From contig DP000238.1 in NCBI GenBank assembly GCA_000200715.1, positions 894,593 to 926,592 of the forward strand: a stretch of 32,000 bases of DNA, given 5' to 3'. The notes beneath the pieces were generated by a model. The model did not search any database. It saw only the letters and a list, made by a program, of their open reading frames with translations, and was not told the DNA's origin. Shown here in pieces: positions 1 to 9,001 of this stretch. Made by a program: the position numbers and the translations under genes. This stretch comes from Cenarchaeum symbiosum A. Lineage in GTDB: Archaea > Thermoproteota > Nitrososphaeria > Nitrososphaerales > Nitrosopumilaceae. Numbering within the stretch: position 1 is the stretch's first letter; every line of letters begins with the position of its first letter.

Positions 1-1
1 G

Positions 2-3000
2 ACCCTGCGGTCCGGGGACGATGTAATCCGCGGAGTGGCCGTAAATGCCGACGGCAGCAGCATGATCACCATAGACGCCGGCGATTCTCCACCCGAAGTC
101 GACAGCGTGGTCCGCACCAACACGTACGATATGACCACGCCCCACAACCTGAACACCGCGACGTTTCGACTCGCTGAAGAGACCGTTCTGGACACAAACG
201 AGGGGACGGGGATCACATTTACCCCCGGCGACCGGCGGCTCTTTTACACCAACGGGAGCAATGGGATAGTGAGCCAGCTCTTTGAGCAGCAGGCCTATTT
301 CGTGGACATAGTCCCGGGCGTGAGGGAGCCCCGCAATGTAACCAGAAACGCAAATGACAGTGCGGCAGTTGTCGATAATTCCACGGCGCGCATCACCAAC
401 CTAAAGGCCGATGCGAGAGATAATGTGACCCTGTCAGATACACCCGTGTTGGAGGTTAGGAAGAATCTGATTCTTGTGGATGAGTTTAACCCGATAGAGT
501 ATCAGAATTCAACCGGCCCGCCGCAAATCACCCCGCCGCCGGCGGTCAATATAACCAACAGGCCCACTAATGACGGGTTGAATCTCTCGGATAGTGCCAT
601 GCTGGCACAGGCGAGGGCTGGAAGCAGCACGCCGGAGCCAGCAGACAGGGCCGCCGCCGATCATACCGTGGTATCCACTGGGCCCACGGGGCCCACTGTG
701 CATGTAATAGTTGTAAACAGCACGCTGGTGCCTGAAATCAGTGCCAACGCCAATAATACCGCGGTGTCCATGGGCACCAACGTGACTGTCATTGACAACA
801 TAGAACCCGTCGACGAGATCAACCCAGAGGACGATGTGCTTCCGGGTCAGATTGTAAGGGATGAGGAAGACATACCTGGGCCGACCGACGGCGCGCGCCT
901 GGGCATTACAGTATCGGCAGTTGACGCGATCGAGCCAGGCGATATGGGCGAGTTACCGGTACCCGGCGTGAATCCCCTATTTCCCAACGATGAAACGATG
1001 CACACAGATAGCGTCCTGTTAGGCAGGAGTATCACCATAGGGGACGACTTTGTGGCGTCAGACGGCGCCACGATTCCGGGTGTAGGAGCACTGACCATAA
1101 CCATATCCGAGGGGCCGACTGTATCCGACATGGGCGCAGTCCCGCTTCCCGGCGGCACGGCACACAACATAACGGACGCCGACATGCCTACAGTCTCCGA
1201 CATGGGCGCAGTCCCGCTTCCCGGCGGCACGGCACACAACATAACGGACGCCGACACGCCGACAGTCTCCGACATGGGCACGATTCCGTTATCCGTTAAT
1301 GTGCACATAATAGACCACATTGATGATATCCTGCCGACAGACAACGGCACCGCCGTGGAACCAGGCCAGAAACTCAATGCGACTGCCCTCGACGTGATCA
1401 ATGCATCCGACAACGCCACCTCGCCGATAAGTGGCAGGGGCCTCCTGGCAGTTGACAGGCCCGCATTAATCTCTGATTCAACGTATATCGCGTTCTTCTT
1501 CAGGGATCCAGGAATACCCACGTCGGTAATAGAGGTGGTCGGAGACAGGGGCATCTTGGCGATCACGTTTGAAGGCGTGCTGAATGTCTCCTCGATAGAC
1601 ACCACAAAGTTCAACATAAGGGACGGCTATGCGGCCTCTGGCGGGGCCACCCTGCCCGCCGCACACACGGTAAGCGCCGACTTGCGCACAATCATAGTCG
1701 AGCTCGACAGCACCATCCTGCAGACAATCCGCGGGTACACCAGTCCGCGGATTCACTTTGATATAGGGGCCCTGACGGATCCGGACGGCCTGCCCTTCCC
1801 CCAGGCGTTTGATCTGCCGCGGCCACGGCACATAGCATCATTTCCTCTATTTGGAATAGAGAACGACCCCGAGGGGATAGCATTCACGCCCGACGGGACG
1901 AGGATGTTTACATCCGGCGGCTCGGGCAACTTGCGCCAGTTCGAGCTGGATCCGCCGTTCTCGATAGAGACGATACCCGGTTCTTCCAGGTCCGGCAACA
2001 TCAGGCCGCCCGCGGCTGCCGGGCCCAACGGCGAGACGACGGGCATATACGGCCAGGAGAGGGACCTTGCCGGTCTGATATTTGACCCCCGCGGCACCCG
2101 GCTCTACATTGCAGGCGACGACACCGATACGATCCGGCAGTACTCACTGGGTACACCGTACGACATACGGGGCAGCATCACATACGAGGGCCTCTTTGAC
2201 GTGGGCGGCGAGGCGCCGGTCCCCGAGGCGGTGAGGCTTGGCCCCGGCGGGATAAACATGTACGTGGCGGCTGCAGGTACCGACGCGTCGATATACAGGT
2301 ATGTGTTAGCAGAGGCGTTCAACGTCTCCACTGCATCGTATACCGGCGATTCACTGTCTGTTCTATCCAACGAGACGCGGCCTACGGGAGTAGAGATCTC
2401 CTCCGACGGCTACAGGCTGTTCATAGTGGGCGAGAGGGCCCAGGACGGGCCCGATTCCGTCTTCGAGTACAGCATGACCCGGGCCTTTGACATAACGTCT
2501 GCCGTGTACTCCGGCAGGTTCCCCAGCGTGGCCGAGGCCACCATGCGGGATCTTTCGTTTGCCGGCAGTACTAACATGTACATAATGGGGCACCTGACGC
2601 GCTCTGTACACCACTATGACCTGGCCGCGCCGTTCGAGATCGTCCCGCCGATATCCGCCGTGCTCGACGTGAGCGCCAACCAGACCAACCCCGAAGGGTC
2701 GGCCTTCTCGGGAGACGGGCGGCACATATTCTTAATCGGCAGGGACGGACCAGTCGGAAACATCCACAGGTACCCGCTGTCTTCTCCATTCGATCTGGCC
2801 ACCGCGGGCGACCCAGACCAGCTATTCCAGACGACCCCGCACGAGCTCAAGCCGCACGACATAGTGTTCTCGGGAGACGGGCTTCAGATGTTCGTCATAG
2901 GGGACAGTGACAATGTGACCGAGTTTACCCTCAGTGCGGCATATGACATAGGGTCCGGCAGCCCGCCGGTCCATGCGGCCAGCAATACGATCACATTCGG

Positions 3001-6000
3001 GGGCAGTACGGTAGACATATCCGCGCAGGACCAGACGGGGCTGACGTTCTCTTCCAACGGGAGCCGCATGTACGTGACGGGAAACAACCTGATCTTGCAG
3101 TATTTACTCGATGACCCGTACGATCCGTCGTCTGCATCCTCCGAGGAGTCCTTTGATTTGAGGCTGAGGTCCCGCCCCGACGGCGAATACGCGGAGGAGG
3201 AGCCCGCAGGCGTGGCTTTCTCGACCGACGGTACCAGGATGTTCATCTCCGGCGACCGCATAAACGCGGTGCATACCTACACCCTCGGAACGCCGTTTGA
3301 TGTCTCGAGCCTCGTGGACGACGGCCACGACGGCCTATTCCACGTGGTGGACTTTAGTGAGAATCCCCGCGGCCTCGAGTTCTCCGCCGACGGGCTGCGC
3401 ATGGTGGTGGCCTTTGCCAACCCCGATGCACTGGTCGAGTACGCCACTGCCACCTATCCCGTGGTCGTAACCCACAGGGTGCCGGTGCTCGACGTCCCGG
3501 TGACCGACGACACGGCCATGCGCGATATCTTCTCCCGCGCCACCATAAGGGACACCATCACAGAGTTGGAGAACATAATCAACGTGACAGGAGGCGATCA
3601 GAGCGAGGAGTTCAACGCTACCGCGGTCGACACGCCTGTTCAAACAGACTTCGTAATGTTGAACGCCGACCTGACCGGGGGAGACGAAGTGAACAACGAT
3701 CTGATAGGAGAGACCGTCTCGCTAACTAGCAACATAAACGCGAGGGACAACCCCGTGTTATCCGACACCTCCAGGCCCGCCATGGGACACAGGCTCCCGG
3801 CGCCAGAGTCCCTCCGGTCGTTTAACGCCTCGGATCAAGACAGCGCCCCAGACGGGGCCTCCGTTACCGGCGTGGCATTCTCGGAGGACGGTACGCGCAT
3901 GTTCGTCTCTGGCGACGGCACCGATTCCATATACCAGTACGATCTTTCAAGGAACTTTGAGGCAAACAGCTCATCCTATTCAGGGGTGAATGCCAGTGTA
4001 GGCGGCCAGGGCACGTCCCCCCAAGCGGTAGCCTTCTCGCCCAACGGCAGCATCATGTACGTGGCCCAGGACCAGACAGGGATGGACGCGATATACCAGT
4101 ACGCACTCTCCGCGCCATTTGACCTGACCTCGGCCGACGTGATCAGTCCCGAAAGCCTTACACTCGGCGAGAACAGCAGCGACCCCGGAGGAGTAGACAG
4201 AATTACCGGGTTCGACATCTCTTCTGACGGCCTGAACCTGTACGTAGTGGAGGATCGGGACGCGCGCATCCGCCACTACACGCTGGATCCCGCATTTGAG
4301 ATATCAAGTGCCAGCCATGTTCTCACATCAGACACCCTAGAAAACGAGGCGGGCGCCGCCGTACAGAGCATCACGGGCATTGTGTTCCATCCAGACGGCA
4401 CCGGACTATCGGTGTCAAGATTATCGGGCAACGTGAGCACGTATGACACAGGGGAGAACTTTACCGTCGCCGATCTTGCACACACTGCATTCTATGATAC
4501 GGGCCTGCCCGGCCTCTCTGGCCTGGCCTTCTCCCCCAATGGCCTGCTCCTGGCAGTAACTGCCGGTGCCGATGTGCACCAGTACAGGCTGATGGAGCGA
4601 TACAGCACGGCGGGAACCAGCATCAACAGTTTGGTGACCGAGGGAGAGCCCATCCCCACAGGGGTAGCATTCTCATTCGACGGGGGCCGCATGTTTGTTG
4701 CATGGGATGCAACCGAACGTATCCAAGCGTACGACTTGGCATTACCGTACCGGCTTGACGGGGCCGAGAGCGCAGAGTTCTTCAACACAACCTCCGGAAA
4801 CCCGCAGGATGTAGAGTTCTCGGCGAACGGCACCATGATGTTCGTCGTTTACGGAAATGCCACGGTGTACGGGTACAACCTGACCGCACGCGACATGATA
4901 ACCCCAGAGGGCACGCCCGTCACGTATGGCACCATCGATGAGCCCAGTCCGAGGGCCTTGGCGTTCTCGACCGAGGGATCCAGGATGTACATAGCAGGGG
5001 ACGGTGGCAAGGTATTCCAGTATGATCTTGACTCCCCGTACAACATAGAGTCAGTCACCAAAACCGGCGAGTGGGACGTATCCAGTGAGGACGCCAGGCC
5101 CACGGGCCTGTCATTCTCGAGGGACGGCGCAACCATGCTCATATCAGGCGATGATGGTGACGCCCTGTACCGCTACCTGCTTGGTACGTCCTTTGATGTG
5201 GAGACTGCGGTTTACATCGGAACCTCTGCCGTGCGCGCCCAGACCAGCACGCCCACAGGCGTCGAGTATGCAGACGATGGCGCCTCTATGTTTATGACCG
5301 GGACAGACGAGGAGGGTGGAAGAGTGTTCATGTTCGCGCTGCAAGACCGCCCCGTCCCCCACCCCCCGCGCAATCCAAGTGATGCCCCGGAGATGGGAGA
5401 TTCAGCAGACGCCGATATACCCAGGACGATCGACCCGGGCACAGGGCCCACGGCCCCCATCAGGCCCCGCGGTGGCGGCGGTGGCGGCGGCGGAGGAGGG
5501 GGCGGAGGCACCCTCAGCGGCGGCGGCCTGGGGTACAGCGCGTCATTCAGCTTTGAAGCAGGAGGCGTGGACATGTCAAGGGGATCGGTGCGCACCAGCG
5601 CAGGCGAGTCCCTCGTGGTAAGCCCCCAGCTGGCGCCCGCCGGCGTGCTGAGCGTCTTTGACATGGAGATAGTGCTGACCGGGCCCGATGGCAGGGCGGC
5701 GGACATCTATTACAACCGGCTGGGCACGTTCATCGGCAAGACATGCGACGGAGAATCGGCGACGCTAAACGTGGTGTACACATGCGACGAGTCGTCCATA
5801 ATATCCGGCGGCGCCACCCACATTATGACAGGCGGATCGCTTGAGAGCATCGTCATACCCTTAGAGGATGAGTTTGCCGGCACCATGAGCATAATGCTGC
5901 GCGACAACCAAGGCATAGTGCTTGCCACGCACGACAGGAACAGGTACAGCCTGGTCGCCGGCTCTGCTGCGCCTACACTGCAGGTCGAGCCTGGAACACC

Positions 6001-6259
6001 GGATGTACCAGAGGCGCCCGACGAGACACCAGGCCGCCCCGCGGACGGGATCCCAGAGCCCGGGGCGGGCACGCAGCCCGATACGCAGGCAGAGCAGGAC
6101 ATGCAGCCAGAACCGCAAGAGCCCGATATCCAAGAGGCCCCCGAGACAGGGCAGGAGACAGCAGCACCCGGGACAAGCCAGGAAGAGGCCCCGGAGCAGG
6201 GCGGCTTCTTTGACGGGATAATCAACTTCTTCAGGTCCCTCTTCGGCTTCGGGTCATAA
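2..6259 (+). CDS. Giant secreted beta-propeller repeat surface protein, 3' portion (5' end lies upstream of the window)
   Basis: The frame is open from nt 2. There is no stop upstream of the GTG at 35 used by the ORF track, and the upstream residues TLRSGDDVIRG continue the repeat pattern. Stop is TAA at 6257-6259. The translation holds 20 copies of a ~45-aa blade (consensus P.GvaFS.DG.rMFV.G...d.I.qY.L..PfD.s.A) in two runs of 10, at about nt 1830-3480 and 3860-5365. An Ig-like segment ends in YTSPRIHF (about 1545-1805). The N-terminal third has many N-x-S/T sequons. The C-terminus has a 13-Gly hinge, an acidic P/E/Q-rich stretch and a short hydrophobic end. Confidence 0.85.
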   Translation, partial: TLRSGDDVIRGVAVNADGSSMITIDAGDSPPEVDSVVRTNTYDMTTPHNLNTATFRLAEETVLDTNEGTGITFTPGDRRLFYTNGSNGIVSQLFEQQAYFVDIVPGVREPRNVTRNANDSAAVVDNSTARITNLKADARDNVTLSDTPVLEVRKNLILVDEFNPIEYQNSTGPPQITPPPAVNITNRPTNDGLNLSDSAMLAQARAGSSTPEPADRAAADHTVVSTGPTGPTVHVIVVNSTLVPEISANANNTAVSMGTNVTVIDNIEPVDEINPEDDVLPGQIVRDEEDIPGPTDGARLGITVSAVDAIEPGDMGELPVPGVNPLFPNDETMHTDSVLLGRSITIGDDFVASDGATIPGVGALTITISEGPTVSDMGAVPLPGGTAHNITDADMPTVSDMGAVPLPGGTAHNITDADTPTVSDMGTIPLSVNVHIIDHIDDILPTDNGTAVEPGQKLNATALDVINASDNATSPISGRGLLAVDRPALISDSTYIAFFFRDPGIPTSVIEVVGDRGILAITFEGVLNVSSIDTTKFNIRDGYAASGGATLPAAHTVSADLRTIIVELDSTILQTIRGYTSPRIHFDIGALTDPDGLPFPQAFDLPRPRHIASFPLFGIENDPEGIAFTPDGTRMFTSGGSGNLRQFELDPPFSIETIPGSSRSGNIRPPAAAGPNGETTGIYGQERDLAGLIFDPRGTRLYIAGDDTDTIRQYSLGTPYDIRGSITYEGLFDVGGEAPVPEAVRLGPGGINMYVAAAGTDASIYRYVLAEAFNVSTASYTGDSLSVLSNETRPTGVEISSDGYRLFIVGERAQDGPDSVFEYSMTRAFDITSAVYSGRFPSVAEATMRDLSFAGSTNMYIMGHLTRSVHHYDLAAPFEIVPPISAVLDVSANQTNPEGSAFSGDGRHIFLIGRDGPVGNIHRYPLSSPFDLATAGDPDQLFQTTPHELKPHDIVFSGDGLQMFVIGDSDNVTEFTLSAAYDIGSGSPPVHAASNTITFGGSTVDISAQDQTGLTFSSNGSRMYVTGNNLILQYLLDDPYDPSSASSEESFDLRLRSRPDGEYAEEEPAGVAFSTDGTRMFISGDRINAVHTYTLGTPFDVSSLVDDGHDGLFHVVDFSENPRGLEFSADGLRMVVAFANPDALVEYATATYPVVVTHRVPVLDVPVTDDTAMRDIFSRATIRDTITELENIINVTGGDQSEEFNATAVDTPVQTDFVMLNADLTGGDEVNNDLIGETVSLTSNINARDNPVLSDTSRPAMGHRLPAPESLRSFNASDQDSAPDGASVTGVAFSEDGTRMFVSGDGTDSIYQYDLSRNFEANSSSYSGVNASVGGQGTSPQAVAFSPNGSIMYVAQDQTGMDAIYQYALSAPFDLTSADVISPESLTLGENSSDPGGVDRITGFDISSDGLNLYVVEDRDARIRHYTLDPAFEISSASHVLTSDTLENEAGAAVQSITGIVFHPDGTGLSVSRLSGNVSTYDTGENFTVADLAHTAFYDTGLPGLSGLAFSPNGLLLAVTAGADVHQYRLMERYSTAGTSINSLVTEGEPIPTGVAFSFDGGRMFVAWDATERIQAYDLALPYRLDGAESAEFFNTTSGNPQDVEFSANGTMMFVVYGNATVYGYNLTARDMITPEGTPVTYGTIDEPSPRALAFSTEGSRMYIAGDGGKVFQYDLDSPYNIESVTKTGEWDVSSEDARPTGLSFSRDGATMLISGDDGDALYRYLLGTSFDVETAVYIGTSAVRAQTSTPTGVEYADDGASMFMTGTDEEGGRVFMFALQDRPVPHPPRNPSDAPEMGDSADADIPRTIDPGTGPTAPIRPRGGGGGGGGGGGGGTLSGGGLGYSASFSFEAGGVDMSRGSVRTSAGESLVVSPQLAPAGVLSVFDMEIVLTGPDGRAADIYYNRLGTFIGKTCDGESATLNVVYTCDESSIISGGATHIMTGGSLESIVIPLEDEFAGTMSIMLRDNQGIVLATHDRNRYSLVAGSAAPTLQVEPGTPDVPEAPDETPGRPADGIPEPGAGTQPDTQAEQDMQPEPQEPDIQEAPETGQETAAPGTSQEEAPEQGGFFDGIINFFRSLFGFGS
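1124..1291 (+). repeat. In-frame 72-bp (24-aa) tandem repeat: two full copies plus a decayed third
   Basis: The unit tccgacatgggcgcagtcccgcttcccggcggcacggcacacaacataacggacgccgaca(t/c)gcc(t/g)acagtc begins at 1124, 1196 and 1268. It encodes SDMGAVPLPGGTAHNITDAD(M/T)PTV within the giant CDS. Confidence 0.9.
5471..5509 (+). repeat. (GGN)13 coding microsatellite (13 consecutive glycines)
   Basis: ggt ggc ggc ggt ggc ggc ggc gga gga ggg ggc gga ggc is read in the frame of the giant CDS. It lies between the last propeller and the C-terminal domain. Confidence 0.9.
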
Positions 6260-6261
6260 CC

Positions 6262-7359
6262 TTGGCGAAGTCTTCTGGGGCAAAGGGCCCCCGGGCACAA
6301 TTCCCCGCATACGCGGCAAGCCGCGGCGCCGCATTGCAAAGTGCGGCAATCCTGGCAGTATTGGCGCTGGCGGCATCGGCCCAGCCGGCGCTTGCCGCCG
6401 GTCCCAATGATGCAGAGCCCTCCTGTACAGAGATACACGTGCTAGTGGAACGGCCAAACGGCAAGCTCGCGTGCGTGACAGAAGAGACCGCCGGCAGGTT
6501 ATCGTGGAGAATCCTGGATGCAGAAGCCCCCGAAGGCGCGGCGCCCACGCTGTCGGATGTACCCTATGGAACACACGAGAGAAACGTCTTTGACTTTTGG
6601 AGGGCGGACTCTGCCGGCCCCGCCCCGCTTATGATATACATACACGGCGGCGGCTTCGTGAGCGGCGACAAGTCGGACGTCGACAAGGATGACAAGGGGA
6701 AGATCAAGGAGGGCCTGCTGGACAGGGGAATCTCCGTCATCTCGATAAACTATCCGTTTCTAGACGAGGCGAGAATCGACGGGATAGTGGAGAACGCGTC
6801 GCAGATCATCCCGTACGTCCAGGACAACGCCGAAGAGCTCGGCATAGACCCCGGAAGGGTGGGCATATACGGCGGGTCCGGGGGCGGGGGGATAGCGCTG
6901 CATCTTGGCCTCGGGGAGTACTCGGACCAGGTAAGCGTGATAGGGCACATAACGTCCCAGTCCACCTACGACCTGTTGCAGTGGTTTGACATACTGGGAA
7001 TAGACCCCGGTGACGTGGAGAGGGCCCCGCCGGGGCTGATCGCGGCCGTGCTGCAGCTGTACCACGTGGGAACACTCGAAGAATTCGAGGAGCCGGAGAT
7101 TGTAAAGCTGCGAAAGGCGATGGACATGCCGTCGTTCATGGATGCAGATGACCCCCCCGTATACATACAGAACTATCTCGTACATGACGGCATAGGCAAC
7201 AAGGGTGATGTCACCCACCACCCAAGCCACGCAGTATTCCTAAAGGAGAAATGCGACGAGGCAGGCCTCGAGTGCGTGCTGAATTTGGCAGGCACCCCGG
7301 AAGACAGGCGCGTCGACGCGGCGAGCTTTTTCGACAGGATGCTAAGGCAGGAATCCTAG
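6262..7359 (+). CDS. Secreted alpha/beta-hydrolase (esterase/lipase, HGGG-type)
   Basis: The N-terminus carries K/R residues followed by a hydrophobic stretch and an Ala-rich cleavage region (AAILAVLALAASAQPALAAGP). The oxyanion-hole motif IYIHGGGFVSGD and the nucleophile elbow GGSGG (G-x-S-x-G) are both present. The start is TTG, 2 nt after the giant gene's stop, so the exact start is uncertain. Confidence 0.75.
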   Translation: MAKSSGAKGPRAQFPAYAASRGAALQSAAILAVLALAASAQPALAAGPNDAEPSCTEIHVLVERPNGKLACVTEETAGRLSWRILDAEAPEGAAPTLSDVPYGTHERNVFDFWRADSAGPAPLMIYIHGGGFVSGDKSDVDKDDKGKIKEGLLDRGISVISINYPFLDEARIDGIVENASQIIPYVQDNAEELGIDPGRVGIYGGSGGGGIALHLGLGEYSDQVSVIGHITSQSTYDLLQWFDILGIDPGDVERAPPGLIAAVLQLYHVGTLEEFEEPEIVKLRKAMDMPSFMDADDPPVYIQNYLVHDGIGNKGDVTHHPSHAVFLKEKCDEAGLECVLNLAGTPEDRRVDAASFFDRMLRQES

Positions 7360-8315
7360 CCGCCCCTTGTGCCCGCAAGGCCCCGGGCATACTCGGAGCT
7401 TTTACTCCCCGGGAGGCCCTGGGTGTACCTGCGTATGGATGCATGAGATGCGCTTGCCACATCGCCGTCTATGGCCACGACATCCTTCCAGCGGCCCAGC
7501 ACATTCTGGAGAAACCCGTCGTCCATATCAAATTTCTTTTGAAACCTGCTGACGCTGCCCTCCTCCCTCAGGCTATACAGCAGGAAATACTCTGACGATG
7601 CCGTGCACAGGCCCGACAGCACATCAAAGACGAACTTTTTTGCGCGGGTGTAGCCCTGCGCCCGGGCCAGCTGTATGCAGCTCTCTGCCTCCCGCACAAA
7701 AAACCAGTCGATTGGATATATCTTGCCCTGGGGCAGCGCCCGCCTTGCCCCCTCCATCATCCTTCGGACCACATATTCTAAGTCGGGGTTCTCGGCAGTC
7801 TCCATCGCGGCAACCACGTCTGCGACGCTCTTTTGCACCTCTTTCGGATCATAGAACCGGTACGGCACGTACCTGCCCGCCTTTGAGACTATAAGATCCT
7901 CAATCGAGACGCTCGATATTGCCTCCCCGTCGGATAGCATTCCGGCCACCGTCCTGCCCCATGATTCATCCGTCATGTACAGGGAATACAGGTTGTTGTC
8001 CCAAATCTGCACGTTTATGCCGCCTGTAAAGTGAAAGTCCGCCACCTGGATGTTGTCGGCATCCCGTTCCAGATTTGACGAACAGAGCCCCGGCTGCTCC
8101 TTCATAAGCCCGACCGAGCCCCCATAATCCTCCGCCACAAAGTCAATATCAATTGTGGGCCTTACAAGGGCCCCATGTGCGGCCATTGCGGCCGACCCAA
8201 ACACGGCATATCTGAGGCCGCCCGATTCCATCAGTCTTCCATAGTGCAGTGCTGCCGGAATCCACACATCCGGCGGCAGGTGTCGGCTGGACGGGGGAGA
8301 ATCGTGCGGGTTCAT
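7356..8315 (-). CDS. Nucleotidyltransferase-fold protein, AbiEii/DUF1814-like (candidate type IV toxin)
   Basis: 319-aa ORF. The N-terminal motif YAVFGSAAMAAHGALVRPTIDIDFV fits the G-[GS]-x-A...R-x-[TS]-x-D-[IL]-D pattern of minimal nucleotidyltransferases and AbiEii. Its ATG overlaps the stop of the upstream wHTH gene by 4 nt (ATGA at 8312-8315). Confidence 0.6.
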   Translation of the reverse strand: MNPHDSPPSSRHLPPDVWIPAALHYGRLMESGGLRYAVFGSAAMAAHGALVRPTIDIDFVAEDYGGSVGLMKEQPGLCSSNLERDADNIQVADFHFTGGINVQIWDNNLYSLYMTDESWGRTVAGMLSDGEAISSVSIEDLIVSKAGRYVPYRFYDPKEVQKSVADVVAAMETAENPDLEYVVRRMMEGARRALPQGKIYPIDWFFVREAESCIQLARAQGYTRAKKFVFDVLSGLCTASSEYFLLYSLREEGSVSRFQKKFDMDDGFLQNVLGRWKDVVAIDGDVASASHASIRRYTQGLPGSKSSEYARGLAGTRGG

Positions 8316-9001
8316 GCCCTATTGGCGGCCGTGCCCGTCCTGCCTGCCATCACATCGGGCACAAATGCCAAGTCCAAATCGGACATACACTCCTGTGCGT
8401 CGCGCTCTGTCTTCTCGGCAGCCACCATTACCGGTACCGTCCTGCCCCATGATTTTGTCTGGCTCGGATATGCCTCAATGTTATCCACGGGAAAGCACTT
8501 TACGTATACCAGAGACGTGGCGCGGCCGATAGTCTCGTTGGGATACTCTGTCGTCCTTATGCCGATCCGCCTAAACTCCCCCTGTATGAGCTCCCGGGCA
8601 TCGGCGTGCCGCCCCTTCTCCACTGCCACCTGGACCATGTTCCGGAGCTCCCCCCGGAGGTACTTTGCCCTGGAAGTGCCCACAAACGCATAATCCACGC
8701 CGTGTTTTGCAAGCACGTCCGCCACCACCACGTCGGGGGCCCATATGACAAAAGACACCCATTCCGCAATCTCTCCTAACGCCCTGACCAGCGGGTGGTC
8801 CCTGTCCTTGACGCGTACAAAGACGGTCCTTCCCCTCCTGTGCGTCCTCATAATTCCCACTTTTTCAAATGCGTATACGATTCTCGATACAGTCGAGCTG
8901 GATATTGCGGTATGCTTTACTATATTGGAGATTGTCGAGCCATATATCGCAGATGTGACCACGCGGGCCTCATCAAAGGTGCCCAGGTGTTTTCTTTCCA
9001 T
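8312..9001 (-). CDS. Winged-helix DNA-binding protein with a C-terminal extension, AbiEi-like (candidate antitoxin/regulator)
   Basis: The N-terminal region GSTISNIVKHTAISSSTVSRIVYAFEKVGIMRTHRRGRTVFVRV looks like HTH plus wing, followed by a ~150-aa C-terminal domain. The ORF track starts at the GTG at 9043. However, 9002-9043 is A/T-rich promoter-like sequence with TTATATAA at 9022-9029, about 25 nt upstream of the ATG at 8999-9001, so I prefer the ATG. Confidence 0.6.
   Translation of the reverse strand: MERKHLGTFDEARVVTSAIYGSTISNIVKHTAISSSTVSRIVYAFEKVGIMRTHRRGRTVFVRVKDRDHPLVRALGEIAEWVSFVIWAPDVVVADVLAKHGVDYAFVGTSRAKYLRGELRNMVQVAVEKGRHADARELIQGEFRRIGIRTTEYPNETIGRATSLVYVKCFPVDNIEAYPSQTKSWGRTVPVMVAAEKTERDAQECMSDLDLAFVPDVMAGRTGTAANRA

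Noticed and set aside
6180-6259. A PEFG-CTERM/archaeosortase-type sorting signal at the end of giant protein 1.
   Set aside because: The tail (PEQGGFFDGIINFFRSLFGFGS) lacks a clean PEFG motif, an uninterrupted TM helix and the terminal basic cluster. I report it only as an unusual tail.
509-6574. Minus-strand and alternative-frame ORFs inside giant gene 1 (847..1617, 2363..2725, 5212..5706, 5710..6438, 5316..5621 and others).
   Set aside because: These are shadow ORFs of a GC-rich gene. They have low-complexity P/S/R/G-rich products with no start context, and they overlap a 2,085-codon ORF that has clear domain structure.
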